Counted from the stretch's first letter, positions 26,742 to 36,156 are shown. The stretch: DNA of 63,438 nt from Nitrospiraceae bacterium (GCA_040510255.1 JBEVJJ010000033.1:1-63438); one strand, 5' to 3'. Notes: a model not told the origin generated them from the letters alone. Numbers and translations: made by a program.

Positions 26742-28196
26742 CTATAGCTTTGCGTGCCACGTGCCGGGTGCCACGTAAACCAACGGTATTCCCCGATGGA
26801 GACCTTGTCCTAGGTCATGGTCATACCAGACTTCCAGTAAGGCATGCTGATCGGTGCAACTGCTCAACATGCCTTCCGTCATAATGCCGCCAAATACCCT
26901 TGGCCGACCACAGTAGACTAGATTCCCCGCTGTGTAGAGGACTCCTCGTAAATTTACGGCGGAGAGTTGTACAGGTATCCGAAGCCCCATCGACTGCTGT
27001 TCCTCAGGCGGAGGACTTAGAGCCGGTACGAATTTCGTTGATAACGTCGGATTCCATATTACATGTGCATTCATGACGAACATTCCCTCCAAATACTCGC
27101 TGTCCACTATCAGAGTTCCGAGGTTGTCGAGCCGGGGAGGTTGTTGATCAAGCGTGTCGATGAAAACGAGGCCATGGTGGTCGCCCACTCTTCGAGCACC
27201 CAGCGCCTCATCAGCCGTGACACCCTCCCCCGGATGGATGATTCCGCCAGGATGCAGTCGACCGTCACGGTCCAAGCCGTAGTAGGATCCAAATTGGATC
27301 GCCATTCGTTTGAGCGTCTCATATTGCCATTGATCCATTTTTAACCCAGGAATGGGGCTCTGACCCACGTGTAGATTTTCCGGCAATGTTTGCAGTCCCG
27401 TGGATTGAGGACGATCGAAAATCACGTTTCCCCCAACCAACATGTCGAACCAACGGTCCTGCGGATGACTCATTTCACCATAGGGCTGTCCTGAAACCGC
27501 GGCTTGAGGCGTCTTTTCAGGTAGTTCCTTTTGGCTGATCAACCGCACGTTGCCGCCAGTCTTGAAATCTCCCCAATGCACAAGCATTGATAAAGAACTT
27601 GCGGATGGCGGACTGGAGCTAATGCCGGCGGTTTGTATGGCTGCTTTCAGTGGCGGTATGGAATAGGCCCCGAACTCCACCGAGACCGTTTTCTTGATGT
27701 GTCCTCCCTGTCCGGCTGCTGCAACGACCTCAACGGTACAGATCAACCCCGGGCGGGCCGGACCATAGACTTGCAATTTGAGAATGCGGGCCATTCCCCG
27801 CAATGAGCGAAACAACCCAGTTCCAGTGTCGTTCAAGAGTAGATCATGCTGTGGAATCCTAGCGTCGAAAAGAATGTCAGGTTTGTCCACCGTGCCCCTA
27901 AACTGAGAACCACCATGTGCATCCACAAATGCCGGCTGACCGTACTTATCTACCAACTGTTTCGAGAATAACCGTACTTCCGAGCTCTGCGGAGCAACCG
28001 CAGGATCATGAAACCATTCCATTACCATTCCGACGGCCGCTTCAGCTGCATGATGAGCCGTATGCTCCTCTTGCAAGGCCCTCGTTCCGGTCATTTCTTG
28101 AGTGGCGAGCTGCAATGATGTCATCCCGAGAAGAGATAGAATGGCTACCAACATGAGCGCAGCCAAAAGAGCAAAACCACGATCGTTCACATACAT
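26742..28196 (-). CDS. Large PilX/GspK-like minor pilin (module 2)
   Basis: MYVNDRG/FALLAALMLVAILSLLGMTSLQLATQEMTG (PilX_N pattern, no Glu5) plus a ~440-aa domain of unknown fold. ATG 28196 has a GGGGGA SD; TTG 28202 is the longest-ORF start. Confidence 0.7.
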   Translation of the reverse strand: MYVNDRGFALLAALMLVAILSLLGMTSLQLATQEMTGTRALQEEHTAHHAAEAAVGMVMEWFHDPAVAPQSSEVRLFSKQLVDKYGQPAFVDAHGGSQFRGTVDKPDILFDARIPQHDLLLNDTGTGLFRSLRGMARILKLQVYGPARPGLICTVEVVAAAGQGGHIKKTVSVEFGAYSIPPLKAAIQTAGISSSPPSASSLSMLVHWGDFKTGGNVRLISQKELPEKTPQAAVSGQPYGEMSHPQDRWFDMLVGGNVIFDRPQSTGLQTLPENLHVGQSPIPGLKMDQWQYETLKRMAIQFGSYYGLDRDGRLHPGGIIHPGEGVTADEALGARRVGDHHGLVFIDTLDQQPPRLDNLGTLIVDSEYLEGMFVMNAHVIWNPTLSTKFVPALSPPPEEQQSMGLRIPVQLSAVNLRGVLYTAGNLVYCGRPRVFGGIMTEGMLSSCTDQHALLEVWYDHDLGQGLHRGIPLVYVAPGTWHAKL

Positions 28197-28230
28197 GTTC
28201 AATCCCCCTTTGTGACAGCTAAATGGTTTT

Positions 28231-28989
28231 TTATTGTGTTCGAAGACCGATTTCGTGGATCGTCAGTCCATGGATGTCCTTCAGACCGACGGTCACCCGG
28301 ACACGGGCGACCAGTGCAGAATCAGTCGTGGGAAACCCGTTCCTTCCAAAATACTCCAGCCGAAAGTCACTGATGCCGCTGATCAAGGTGCCGATGCCTC
28401 CGTCCACTTCTCGCATAACCCGTGGGACGCCTTGATCATCCTTGCCGAGATAGTAATGCACCCTGTTCGATACAAAAACTGCGCTGCCGACAGGAAACAT
28501 TGCCGGCAAAGGGAGGTCCACACTCAAAGCGTTCGTTCGTCCGGCGCGGCTCAATCGGTTTGCCATGCACCGATCCAGGGAGCACAGGATGATGTGTTTC
28601 CCATCCGGCCAACCAGATCCGTTTTCGACAACAAGATCTTGTGTTCCTGCTTGTGCTGGTTGACTTAACACAGTTTGCAGACCAGACAGATTGGCATTGA
28701 ACTTGAGGTCGGTCTTGCCCATTTTGAGAAGGACAGCTTCACCCGGTCCTTCCCCCGTTCCTGCCAGCTTGAGCTCACTGGTAAATACTTCGAGGCCAAT
28801 TCGAGATTCCTGTTTGAGGCCGCTCGTAATGTGGTGGTTCTGAAATCGCTGTCCATATTGCGCCATCATGCTGCACACTCCCGAAAACGTCACACTGCTG
28901 ATAGCGATGGCGATAAGAAGTTCGAGCACGCTCCCTCCTTTTTGCGAATCACCCGGAATGACCGAACTTTGACATACACGGTGAAACAT
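28231..28989 (-). CDS. PilW/GspJ-like minor pilin (module 2)
   Basis: MFHRVCQSSVIPGDSQKG/GSVLELLIAIAISSVTFSG..., a pilin-type hydrophobic helix with Glu at +5 if cleaved G/G. Start moved to ATG 28989; the longest ORF reaches 29148 and would overlap the upstream gene. Confidence 0.65.
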   Translation of the reverse strand: MFHRVCQSSVIPGDSQKGGSVLELLIAIAISSVTFSGVCSMMAQYGQRFQNHHITSGLKQESRIGLEVFTSELKLAGTGEGPGEAVLLKMGKTDLKFNANLSGLQTVLSQPAQAGTQDLVVENGSGWPDGKHIILCSLDRCMANRLSRAGRTNALSVDLPLPAMFPVGSAVFVSNRVHYYLGKDDQGVPRVMREVDGGIGTLISGISDFRLEYFGRNGFPTTDSALVARVRVTVGLKDIHGLTIHEIGLRTQ

Positions 28990-29014
28990 CGAGGTCTCGC
29001 CTCCACAAAAGTAG

Positions 29015-29527
29015 TTAGTAGGGTCCGGCATACTTGGGGTTGGCCCGAAGGGTACGCAGTCGGATCTCGCGGGTCTGCCCAGGAATCGATTCATACCGTG
29101 CACGTGCCTCGATCCATGCCATTCCTGCAGAACCAATCGGACCTCCACGATTCAGTTCGACCGTCCATACGAGATGAATGCCGTCCTGGTCCAGGCTCGC
29201 GGTAAAGATCCCGTCACCCGACTTGATGTCATCTCTGATGCCGTCATCTTGCATGAGCAACTCCGGCACGCCGTCATGGTCGAGGTCGTCGCTCAAAAGA
29301 TGCTCCCATGGTCCCACTTGCTTGGTTTCCAGCCGAGCCTCTGCCAGGGAAAGTGCCTGTGTCGTCTTGGAACTCATTGCCAGACCACGTTCAGCCCATT
29401 GCAACATACCAACGACTCCCATGAGACCGATGCCGAGCACCACAAGTGAAATCATCACTTCGATCAGGGTAAAGCCATCGGACCATTCCCTCCATCGTGG
29501 TCCAATTGATTCGTGCCTTGCATTCAT
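29015..29527 (-). CDS. PilV/GspI-like minor pilin (module 2)
   Basis: MNARHESIGPRWREWSDG/FTLIEVMISLVVLGIGLMGVVGML. ATGA overlap with the upstream gene. Confidence 0.78.
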   Translation of the reverse strand: MNARHESIGPRWREWSDGFTLIEVMISLVVLGIGLMGVVGMLQWAERGLAMSSKTTQALSLAEARLETKQVGPWEHLLSDDLDHDGVPELLMQDDGIRDDIKSGDGIFTASLDQDGIHLVWTVELNRGGPIGSAGMAWIEARARYESIPGQTREIRLRTLRANPKYAGPY

Positions 29528-29958
29528 GATGTGCTGACCTTTCCGGTTATGCCGACAGTAATGGTTCGCTTTCCATGGTTTCGATCGCTAAGCACGATCG
29601 TAGTTGCAGTCGCTGAACGCCCGCTTGGATGAAAGACAATCTCCAGGCCGTTGCTGGACGATTCGAAAACGGTCCCTCGCCCTGCAAAATGATGAGCTCT
29701 TAATAGAGTCGATGAACCGTCGTGCAATTCCGTGCGCATCACAGCGCGCTCTCCATCGAACAGGACTCGAATGCGCTCTTGCCGGGCGATTGCCAGTTGT
29801 CTTGCGAGGCGAAGTTCTCCGACTATCTCCGCCGTCACACCGCGACCATCCAGCCGTGCTGCGAGGGCCAGCCATTGCGGGCCGCTCAGGACACACACGA
29901 TCGTGATAATACTCATCACCGCTAGAAGTTCTGTAAGGGATGCTCCGCGTTCATTCAT
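29524..29958 (-). CDS. GspH/FimT-like minor pilin (module 2)
   Basis: MNERG/ASLTELLAVMSIITIVCVLSGPQW...VGELRLARQLAIARQERIRVLF. Start moved to ATG 29958 (GAGGAA SD); the longest ORF reaches 30018. Confidence 0.72.
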   Translation of the reverse strand: MNERGASLTELLAVMSIITIVCVLSGPQWLALAARLDGRGVTAEIVGELRLARQLAIARQERIRVLFDGERAVMRTELHDGSSTLLRAHHFAGRGTVFESSSNGLEIVFHPSGRSATATTIVLSDRNHGKRTITVGITGKVSTS

Positions 29959-30237
29959 AAGTTCCTCATTTCCAAGTGCCTCGACGAGATTCCAAGTTTC
30001 ATGCCGCGCTCGTCTCACCTGAGCATTCGTTCGCCACGGACGCGAACATGCGGCAGAGAAGTCGGAACGCCTCGCTGGATCTGCAGAATATGAAGGGATA
30101 GGGTACGGACAAGCGGGAGAAGAATCGGAGGAAGGTCAGTTGAACAGATTTGAACTGTTCCGCTTCAGATACAGCACGGCATCCATTCGGATACAGAGGA
30201 TCATGAAAACAGGCTCCGGGCAATGCTTTTCAGGCTT

Positions 30238-31026
30238 TTACGGAATCCCATCAAACAAACTCCAATACCAATTCAATACCGGTTGATGAAGAAAAATGGC
30301 GACGAGAGAACCCACTGCCAGAAAGGGACCGAAGGGAAGATACTGGTCCCGCCGCATGACCCGAAACGCTATGAGACTCACGCCGACGATGGATCCCAGC
30401 AATGATCCAACCATGATAGCCAACAACACCAGTTTCCAGCCGAGGAATGCACCCACCATCGCCATCAGTTTAATATCGCCACCGCCCATGCCTTCTTTTC
30501 CGAAAAGGTATGGACTTAGCCATGCCAACAACCACAAAAGACCTCCACCGACGACGACCCCGACTAGCGAGTTCATGATCCCCAGCGGAAGAATGACCGC
30601 AGCACTGAGAATTCCAATTGCGAGTCCAGGCAAGGTGACCATATCCGGGATGATCTGATGCGAGAAATCTGTGCCGGTAATCACGACTAATGCTGAATAC
30701 AAGAGCGCGTAGACGAATGACACCGCAGTCAATCCGAAATGCCAGAATATCAACCCGTAGCCGATCGAAGTAACCAACTCGACCAATGGGTATTGGATTG
30801 ATATCGAAACACGACATGCTCGGCAACGACCGCGCAGAATGCCGTAGCTGATCATGGGGATGTTGTCGTAGAACGCAATCGTGCTTCCACAGGCTGTACA
30901 GTGAGAAGCCGGCCACAGGATAGACTCTTGCCGAGGCAGGCGGTAGATACACACGTTAAGGAAACTGCCGATCACCGCGCCGAACAGCGAGGCTATCACG
31001 ACGACCGGCATAAGAGTCATCACCAT
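30238..31026 (-). CDS. pilD: Prepilin peptidase / N-methyltransferase PilD (A24 family)
   Basis: N-terminal Cys pairs C-x2-C...C-x2-C (HCTACGS, RCRACR), multi-TM body, and catalytic region GGGDIKLM. Confidence 0.92.
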   Translation of the reverse strand: MVMTLMPVVVIASLFGAVIGSFLNVCIYRLPRQESILWPASHCTACGSTIAFYDNIPMISYGILRGRCRACRVSISIQYPLVELVTSIGYGLIFWHFGLTAVSFVYALLYSALVVITGTDFSHQIIPDMVTLPGLAIGILSAAVILPLGIMNSLVGVVVGGGLLWLLAWLSPYLFGKEGMGGGDIKLMAMVGAFLGWKLVLLAIMVGSLLGSIVGVSLIAFRVMRRDQYLPFGPFLAVGSLVAIFLHQPVLNWYWSLFDGIP

Positions 31027-31117
31027 CTACACGAACGGTGCGTTAATGAGTGAGCGCAGCGTGATTGCAGGTAGTGTTTTATTCTCAAAAGAAATGGTTC
31101 TTATTACAACACATCCA

Positions 31118-31147
31118 TTTACAATCATGTCGGCAATTTCTTATACT
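31118..31147 (+). promoter_or_regulatory. Candidate sigma70 promoter for the LuxR-solo gene
   Basis: TTTACA (31118-31123), 18-nt spacer, TATACT (31142-31147), in an AT-rich divergent region. Confidence 0.4.
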
Positions 31148-31219
31148 TCACCTAGGAGAGAGTACTGCTGGTAAAACGCTTATTTGGATTGTCATCAGAA
31201 ACTATTACATGGTGTTCAA

Positions 31220-31504
31220 ATGGCCACAGTGACTGTATCAAGAAACCGGCGCGTTAAAAAAGTCTCCCATGAAGCACCGCCACCCCCAAGAAAGAAACGT
31301 CCTGAAGCCCTCACCAGTCGTGAGCAAGAAATTCTTGATCTGATCTGGTCGGGATTCAAAAACAAGGAAATCGGCCAACGACTGAAAATCAGCGTCAAGA
31401 CGGTTGAGGCGCATCGGGCCAACATGATGAAGAAAATCCGCGTCTCCAATACCGCTCAACTCCTGAAGGCAGCCATCCAGGGCAAGATGTTGAAGCTCCG
31501 GTGA
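31220..31504 (+). CDS. Stand-alone LuxR/GerE-type HTH transcription regulator
   Basis: LTSREQEILDLIWSGFKNKEIGQRLKISVKTVEAHRANMMKKIRVSNTAQLL with no receiver or ligand domain. Start is uncertain (ATG 31220 or TTG 31184). Confidence 0.8.
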   Translation: MATVTVSRNRRVKKVSHEAPPPPRKKRPEALTSREQEILDLIWSGFKNKEIGQRLKISVKTVEAHRANMMKKIRVSNTAQLLKAAIQGKMLKLR

Positions 31505-31516
31505 GTGCACCGATCG

Positions 31517-32284
31517 TTACTGACACATTGTTCTCCGCTGACGTACCACTTCAAAGAGAGCGATAGCAGCCGCCGCCGACACATTGAGTGAGGCGACATG
31601 CCCACTCATGGGAATGTGAACCGTGTCATCGCACTTTTCCAAGACTCCGTGGCGAATTCCCTTTCCCTCACCCCCCAGCACCAGCGCGACCGGCCCACGA
31701 TAATCCAGTGTCGTATAGTCTTTCGGCGTCGCCGGTACGAACCCATAGACCCACACTCCTGCATGCTGCAGTCCTTCAATCGTGCGGGAGAGGTTTCGAA
31801 CTCGGGCGACACGCATATGATCGAGTGCGCCAGCAGACGCTTTGGCTACAAGGGCGGTCAATCCTGCGCTTCGTCGTTCGGGCACAATGACGCCGTGTAC
31901 ACCAGCCGCCTCGGATGTACGCAACACCGCGCCAAGGTTGTATGGATCTTCCACCCCATCGAGAAGGACCAGTAATGGCGGATCTTGTTGTGATTGTGCA
32001 AATGCCAACACGTCATCTTCCTCGCTGTACGCCTTGGCGGCGACGATTCCCACCACTCCTTGATGATTACCGCGCGGAACCATACGGTCGATAGCTGGAC
32101 GAGGCTCAACGTGCACTGGAATACCCTTTACCCTGGCAAGGCTGACGAGATCGGCAAACTGTCCGTCGGTTCGCACCACCACTAGCCGTTGAAGAGGCCG
32201 GCTACCGGCTCGTAAGGCTTCACGAATGGCATGCAGACCGTACAGAATACGATCCTCGTCATCGCTTCCATCGACTCGTGCCAT
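31517..32284 (-). CDS. rlmB: 23S rRNA 2'-O-ribose methyltransferase RlmB (SpoU/TrmH family)
   Basis: LYGLHAIREAL..., LVLGGEGKGIR and IPMSGHVASLNVSAAAAIALFE. Conserved cysS-rlmB pair. ATG 32284 has a GAGGA SD and overlaps the cysS 3' end by 26 nt. Confidence 0.85.
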   Translation of the reverse strand: MARVDGSDDEDRILYGLHAIREALRAGSRPLQRLVVVRTDGQFADLVSLARVKGIPVHVEPRPAIDRMVPRGNHQGVVGIVAAKAYSEEDDVLAFAQSQQDPPLLVLLDGVEDPYNLGAVLRTSEAAGVHGVIVPERRSAGLTALVAKASAGALDHMRVARVRNLSRTIEGLQHAGVWVYGFVPATPKDYTTLDYRGPVALVLGGEGKGIRHGVLEKCDDTVHIPMSGHVASLNVSAAAAIALFEVVRQRRTMCQ

Positions 32285-33749
32285 CGGGAAGATCCTCGAT
32301 TGTGATGCCTTGACCGGCAAGCGAGGTTCTGATTTCGTCAGCGCGTCTAAAGTCTTTGCGTTTCCTCGCCTCGTTTCGCTCCGTCAGGCGCTGTTCTATG
32401 TCAGCATCGGTAACGACGCTCTTCGCCTCAGCTGTTTCTTGAAGTACAATCGGCAATGCATCACGCACTTCTAATGACCTGAACTGCCTGGGGTTGAATT
32501 GCCATTCATCCAACTGAAAGAGTCCCAATACACGACCCATCGAACGAAACATTTCCCGTATTTCACTTCCTCTTGATCGCGATAGAGGAAGTCGATCCAG
32601 CGACCTATTTACCTCAGCTCGAAGTTTTTGTAGTTCCGCAATGGCAACCGGCGTATTCAAGTCATCGGCCATTGCCTTCATAAAGGCGAGTCGTGTCCTT
32701 TCTCCCATTACTTGCAGTGGGTTGTCCTCACCATGGTCTTCAACAGGCTTTCCTTCTTTCAGACGCTCAAAGAGATCATAGAACCCGTTTAATGCGCTCT
32801 TCGCATCATGAAGGCTTTGGTCCGAGAATTCGACGGGACTGCGATAGTGCGTAGATAACAGAAAATAGCGAAGCGTCTCCCCTGTTTCAGACTCCGGCCA
32901 TTCCGATTTATGAAAGATATCTTGAATTGTGAAGAAGTTTCCCAACGACTTCGACATCTTTTCCTGATTGATCTGAACAAATCCATTGTGTACCCACATG
33001 CGTGCAAACTCTTTCCCCGTGGCGGCGCAGGACTGGGCGATCTCATTTTCGTGATGGGGAAAAATCAGATCCATGCCTCCCCCATGGATATCGAATGTCT
33101 CACCAAGATGGCGCATGGCCATAGCAGAACATTCGATATGCCAGCCAGGCCGCCCGTCTCCCCATGGACTTTTCCACGACGGCTCACCCGGCTTGCTACT
33201 TTTCCACAAAGCAAAATCCATGGGATGTCGCTTACGTTCGTTCACCTCAACCCGAGCCCCGACTAAGAGTTCATCGAGCTTTCGCTTGGACAACCGCCCG
33301 TAGGAAGGATAGGCCTGCACGGAAAAATACACATCCCCATCCACCTGATAGGCCGTCTCATTCTTCACAAGGACATCGATCAAACGAATGATATCGTCCA
33401 TATGCTCTGTGGCTTTGGGCTCCCGCCAGGCCGGACGAATGCCGAGCCGTCGCATGTCTTCGCGATATGCAGCGATATATTTTTCAGTAATCTCCGAACA
33501 TGCCACGCCTTCATCATTGGCCCGTCTAATGATCTTGTCGTCAACGTCGGTAAAGTTTTTCACAAATTCGACTACCCAGCCGAGATGTTCGAAGTACCGA
33601 CGCAGGATATCGAAGATCAGGGCGCTTCGGGCATGGCCTATGTGACAGTAGTCATAGACCGTCACGCCACACACATACATCTTGATGGTGTTCGGCTCGA
33701 GGGATTCAAAGAAATCCTTCGTGCCGGTCAAGGTGTTATGAATCTTCAT
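32259..33749 (-). CDS. cysS: Cysteine--tRNA ligase
   Basis: HIGHARS and KMSKSLGN class I signatures; 496 aa. Confidence 0.96.
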   Translation of the reverse strand: MKIHNTLTGTKDFFESLEPNTIKMYVCGVTVYDYCHIGHARSALIFDILRRYFEHLGWVVEFVKNFTDVDDKIIRRANDEGVACSEITEKYIAAYREDMRRLGIRPAWREPKATEHMDDIIRLIDVLVKNETAYQVDGDVYFSVQAYPSYGRLSKRKLDELLVGARVEVNERKRHPMDFALWKSSKPGEPSWKSPWGDGRPGWHIECSAMAMRHLGETFDIHGGGMDLIFPHHENEIAQSCAATGKEFARMWVHNGFVQINQEKMSKSLGNFFTIQDIFHKSEWPESETGETLRYFLLSTHYRSPVEFSDQSLHDAKSALNGFYDLFERLKEGKPVEDHGEDNPLQVMGERTRLAFMKAMADDLNTPVAIAELQKLRAEVNRSLDRLPLSRSRGSEIREMFRSMGRVLGLFQLDEWQFNPRQFRSLEVRDALPIVLQETAEAKSVVTDADIEQRLTERNEARKRKDFRRADEIRTSLAGQGITIEDLPDGTSRWKR

Positions 33750-33758
33750 GCGACGTAG

Positions 33759-34394
33759 CTATTGTGCTTGCGGTTTTACACGAGGCCAATGCGACCAAAG
33801 AAAATACACAAAACCCAGGACAAGCACCGCTCCGATGACGACATCGAGATGATGAAAGTATTCATGCAATCCATCCCAACGTTCACCAAGCTTCAGACCG
33901 ATATAGGCCAAAAGATAGCACCAGGGAACAGCGCCGATAAAACTAAACAACACAAATTTAGGCACATTCATGCGAACGATTCCGGCAGGCAGCGAGATAA
34001 ACGTCCGGACCACCGGCAGCATTCGGCTGATCAAGACCGCCGCCTCACCATACTTCAGAAACCATCGATCCGCCATTTCCAGATCCCGATGAGACACGAG
34101 GAAATACGGCCCATACCGCTCTACAAACGGCCGCCCCCCCCAGACCCCCACATAGTATGCAACCAAGGATCCAAGAACATTCCCGACCGCGCCGGCCATC
34201 GTCACCCCGAGCATGGAAAATTGACCAGTCGACACAAGATACCCGGAAAAGGGCATGATGATTTCACTGGGAAGAGGAATGCAGGCACTTTCGATGGCCA
34301 TCGTGATAAGAATACCTGCGTACCCAAATTTTGAGATCATGGTTACCACGAAGCGACCCAACTCGGCGATCAGTGCTTCGATGAATGACGTCAT
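33759..34394 (-). CDS. DedA-family membrane protein
   Basis: 211 aa, multi-TM, DedA/SNARE-associated pattern (GYAGILITMAIESACIPLPSEIIMPFSGYL). Confidence 0.8.
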   Translation of the reverse strand: MTSFIEALIAELGRFVVTMISKFGYAGILITMAIESACIPLPSEIIMPFSGYLVSTGQFSMLGVTMAGAVGNVLGSLVAYYVGVWGGRPFVERYGPYFLVSHRDLEMADRWFLKYGEAAVLISRMLPVVRTFISLPAGIVRMNVPKFVLFSFIGAVPWCYLLAYIGLKLGERWDGLHEYFHHLDVVIGAVLVLGFVYFLWSHWPRVKPQAQ

Positions 34395-34397
34395 ATA

Positions 34398-35216
34398 TTA
34401 GGTCCTCTTTGTTCGCTTAATGGCAGACCTCTGTCGAGGTCGAGCTGGCTTGTTCACCTTCGCCAAAATGCCTTCCCAGACCCGAAGTCGGTCCAATATT
34501 TCGTGATGGGTTGTGTCGAGATGAATGGGAGTGATCGAAACCTTTTTCTGCTCGAGTGCCTCGTGATCCGCCCATTTCTCGCGGCTCCAGGATACTCTGG
34601 TTCCTGCAATCCAATAATATTTCCTCCCGCGAGGATCTTCCTTTTCAATGATGGGATTGTCGAACCGACGCCTGCTAAGACATGTCACCTGAACACCCTG
34701 CACGGCTCTCAACACACAATCAGGGATATTGACGTTTAGAATCGTTTCTGGCGGCAGTCCTTCTTTGATCACCTGGGCAGTCACGCGTTGTGCGTACTGA
34801 GCCCCCACCTCAAATTTGAAATGCTCATCACCCTCCTGGGAGACGGCTATCGAGGAAACACCAAGAATGGCGCCTTCCAGAGCGGCTGAGACCGTCCCGG
34901 AATACATCACATCATCGCCGAGATTGACGCCTTTGTTGATTCCGGAGACGACGACCGAAGGGATGCCCGGCAAGATTTTGGCAAACGCAAGATTCACACA
35001 ATCCACCGGCGTGCCATTGACCGCATACATTCGTTTCTCCACCTCCTGAATACGCAACGGCTTGTGCAAGGTTACCCCATGTGCCACTGCAGTTCGCTCA
35101 CGATCCGGCGCGACGACCCACACTTCACCCAGACCTTGTAACGCCTCTGCCAACGCGTGGAGGCCGGAGGACATCACCCCATCATCGTTGGTGACCAAAA
35201 TTCTTATCCGGGCCAC
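34398..35216 (-). CDS. surE: 5'/3'-nucleotidase SurE
   Basis: ARIRILVTNDDGVMSSGL and GINKGVNLGDDVMYSGTVSAALEG. GTG 35216 was chosen to give the family-typical N-terminus; the longest ORF starts at GTG 35240. Confidence 0.9.
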   Translation of the reverse strand: MARIRILVTNDDGVMSSGLHALAEALQGLGEVWVVAPDRERTAVAHGVTLHKPLRIQEVEKRMYAVNGTPVDCVNLAFAKILPGIPSVVVSGINKGVNLGDDVMYSGTVSAALEGAILGVSSIAVSQEGDEHFKFEVGAQYAQRVTAQVIKEGLPPETILNVNIPDCVLRAVQGVQVTCLSRRRFDNPIIEKEDPRGRKYYWIAGTRVSWSREKWADHEALEQKKVSITPIHLDTTHHEILDRLRVWEGILAKVNKPARPRQRSAIKRTKRT

Positions 35217-35366
35217 ACCCTTCCTTTCTCGTAGGATCACGATGATAGTCCCTGGTCACCCAGCAAGATGAATGGTGGTCACATCGCCGATGTTCAAATC
35301 AATGTGTGGGAAAGAAAACCCGTGGAGAGTACATCGTAGCGGAATACCCGGCTTCGAGAAGAAAAA

Positions 35367-35443
35367 TGGTCGGGGCGAGCCGATTTGAACGGCCGACCTC
35401 TCGCACCCCAAGCGAGTGCGCTACCAGGCTGCGCTACGCCCCG
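35367..35443 (-). tRNA. tRNA-Pro (anticodon GGG)
   Basis: Folded by hand into a 77-nt cloverleaf: acceptor CGGGGCG/CGCCCCG, D stem GCGC/GCGC, anticodon stem CUCGC/GCGAG with loop UUGGGGU, T arm GGCCG-UUCAAAU-CGGCU, and an encoded CCA. Confidence 0.9.
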
Positions 35444-35488
35444 ACATGGCCAGAATCTGGGGCACTTCTGGCCTCCTTGCAATACACC

Positions 35489-35839
35489 CTATGCCGAATG
35501 GGAATCGATCAGACGCAGAATAGCCTGTAGGTCTCCCCGCACCCGTTGGGTCAGTTCCTTGCGGCTTCCATGCTTGCCTCCTGCACGTCCACGACGGGTC
35601 CAATAGCGCTTCACCCCGGCAAGCGTGTGACCCTCCTCATACAACATCCGTTTGATCTCAAGAATCGTTTCGATGTCACGTTGTATGTAAACGCGTTGAT
35701 TGCCACGGCTTTTCTTCGGCTTCAGAAAATTGAACTCGGATTCCCAGAAACGCAAGACATACGCAGGCAGCTTCGTGATCTTGCTGACCTCTCCAATTTT
35801 GTAAAATATCTTGCTGCCCAGTCTGGGTTCATTCCCCAT
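35489..35839 (-). CDS. MerR-family transcription regulator
   Basis: [65 protein letters not shown], a MerR HTH. It lies downstream of ihfA, an arrangement I recall as conserved. Confidence 0.78.
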   Translation of the reverse strand: MGNEPRLGSKIFYKIGEVSKITKLPAYVLRFWESEFNFLKPKKSRGNQRVYIQRDIETILEIKRMLYEEGHTLAGVKRYWTRRGRAGGKHGSRKELTQRVRGDLQAILRLIDSHSA

Positions 35840-35880
35840 GACCGGTCCTCATGAGATGACCAGTGGTGCCAAGGAAGCGT

Positions 35881-36156
35881 TCAAGAATTGACGTATTTTT
35901 TGAAAACCTGGCTTGGCCGGAACGTCACGACGCGTCGAGGAGTAATTCCGATCTCTTCGCCAGTTCGAGGGTTTCGTCCTTTTCGTGCTCCCTTGCTCCT
36001 CACAACAAAATTTCCAAATCCAGCAATTTTGACCGAGTCTCCCTTCTGCAACACCGACTTGAGAAGATTGAGCACAAGTTCGACGATATCAGATGCCTCG
36101 TTCTTTGAAACTCCGACCTGCTTAAAGATCTCGTTCGCGATATCCGCCTTTCTCAT
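35881..36156 (-). CDS. ihfA: Integration host factor / HU-family DNA-binding protein (IHF-alpha-like)
   Basis: 91 aa, GFGNFVVRSKGARKGRNPRTGEEIGITPRRVVTFRPS. Confidence 0.85.
   Translation of the reverse strand: MRKADIANEIFKQVGVSKNEASDIVELVLNLLKSVLQKGDSVKIAGFGNFVVRSKGARKGRNPRTGEEIGITPRRVVTFRPSQVFKKYVNS

Noticed and set aside
35294-35606. ORFs 35294-35482, 35306-35530, 35385-35606 and 35421-35603.
   Set aside because: They overlap the hand-folded tRNA-Pro and the 3' end of the MerR gene. They have no motifs or SD.
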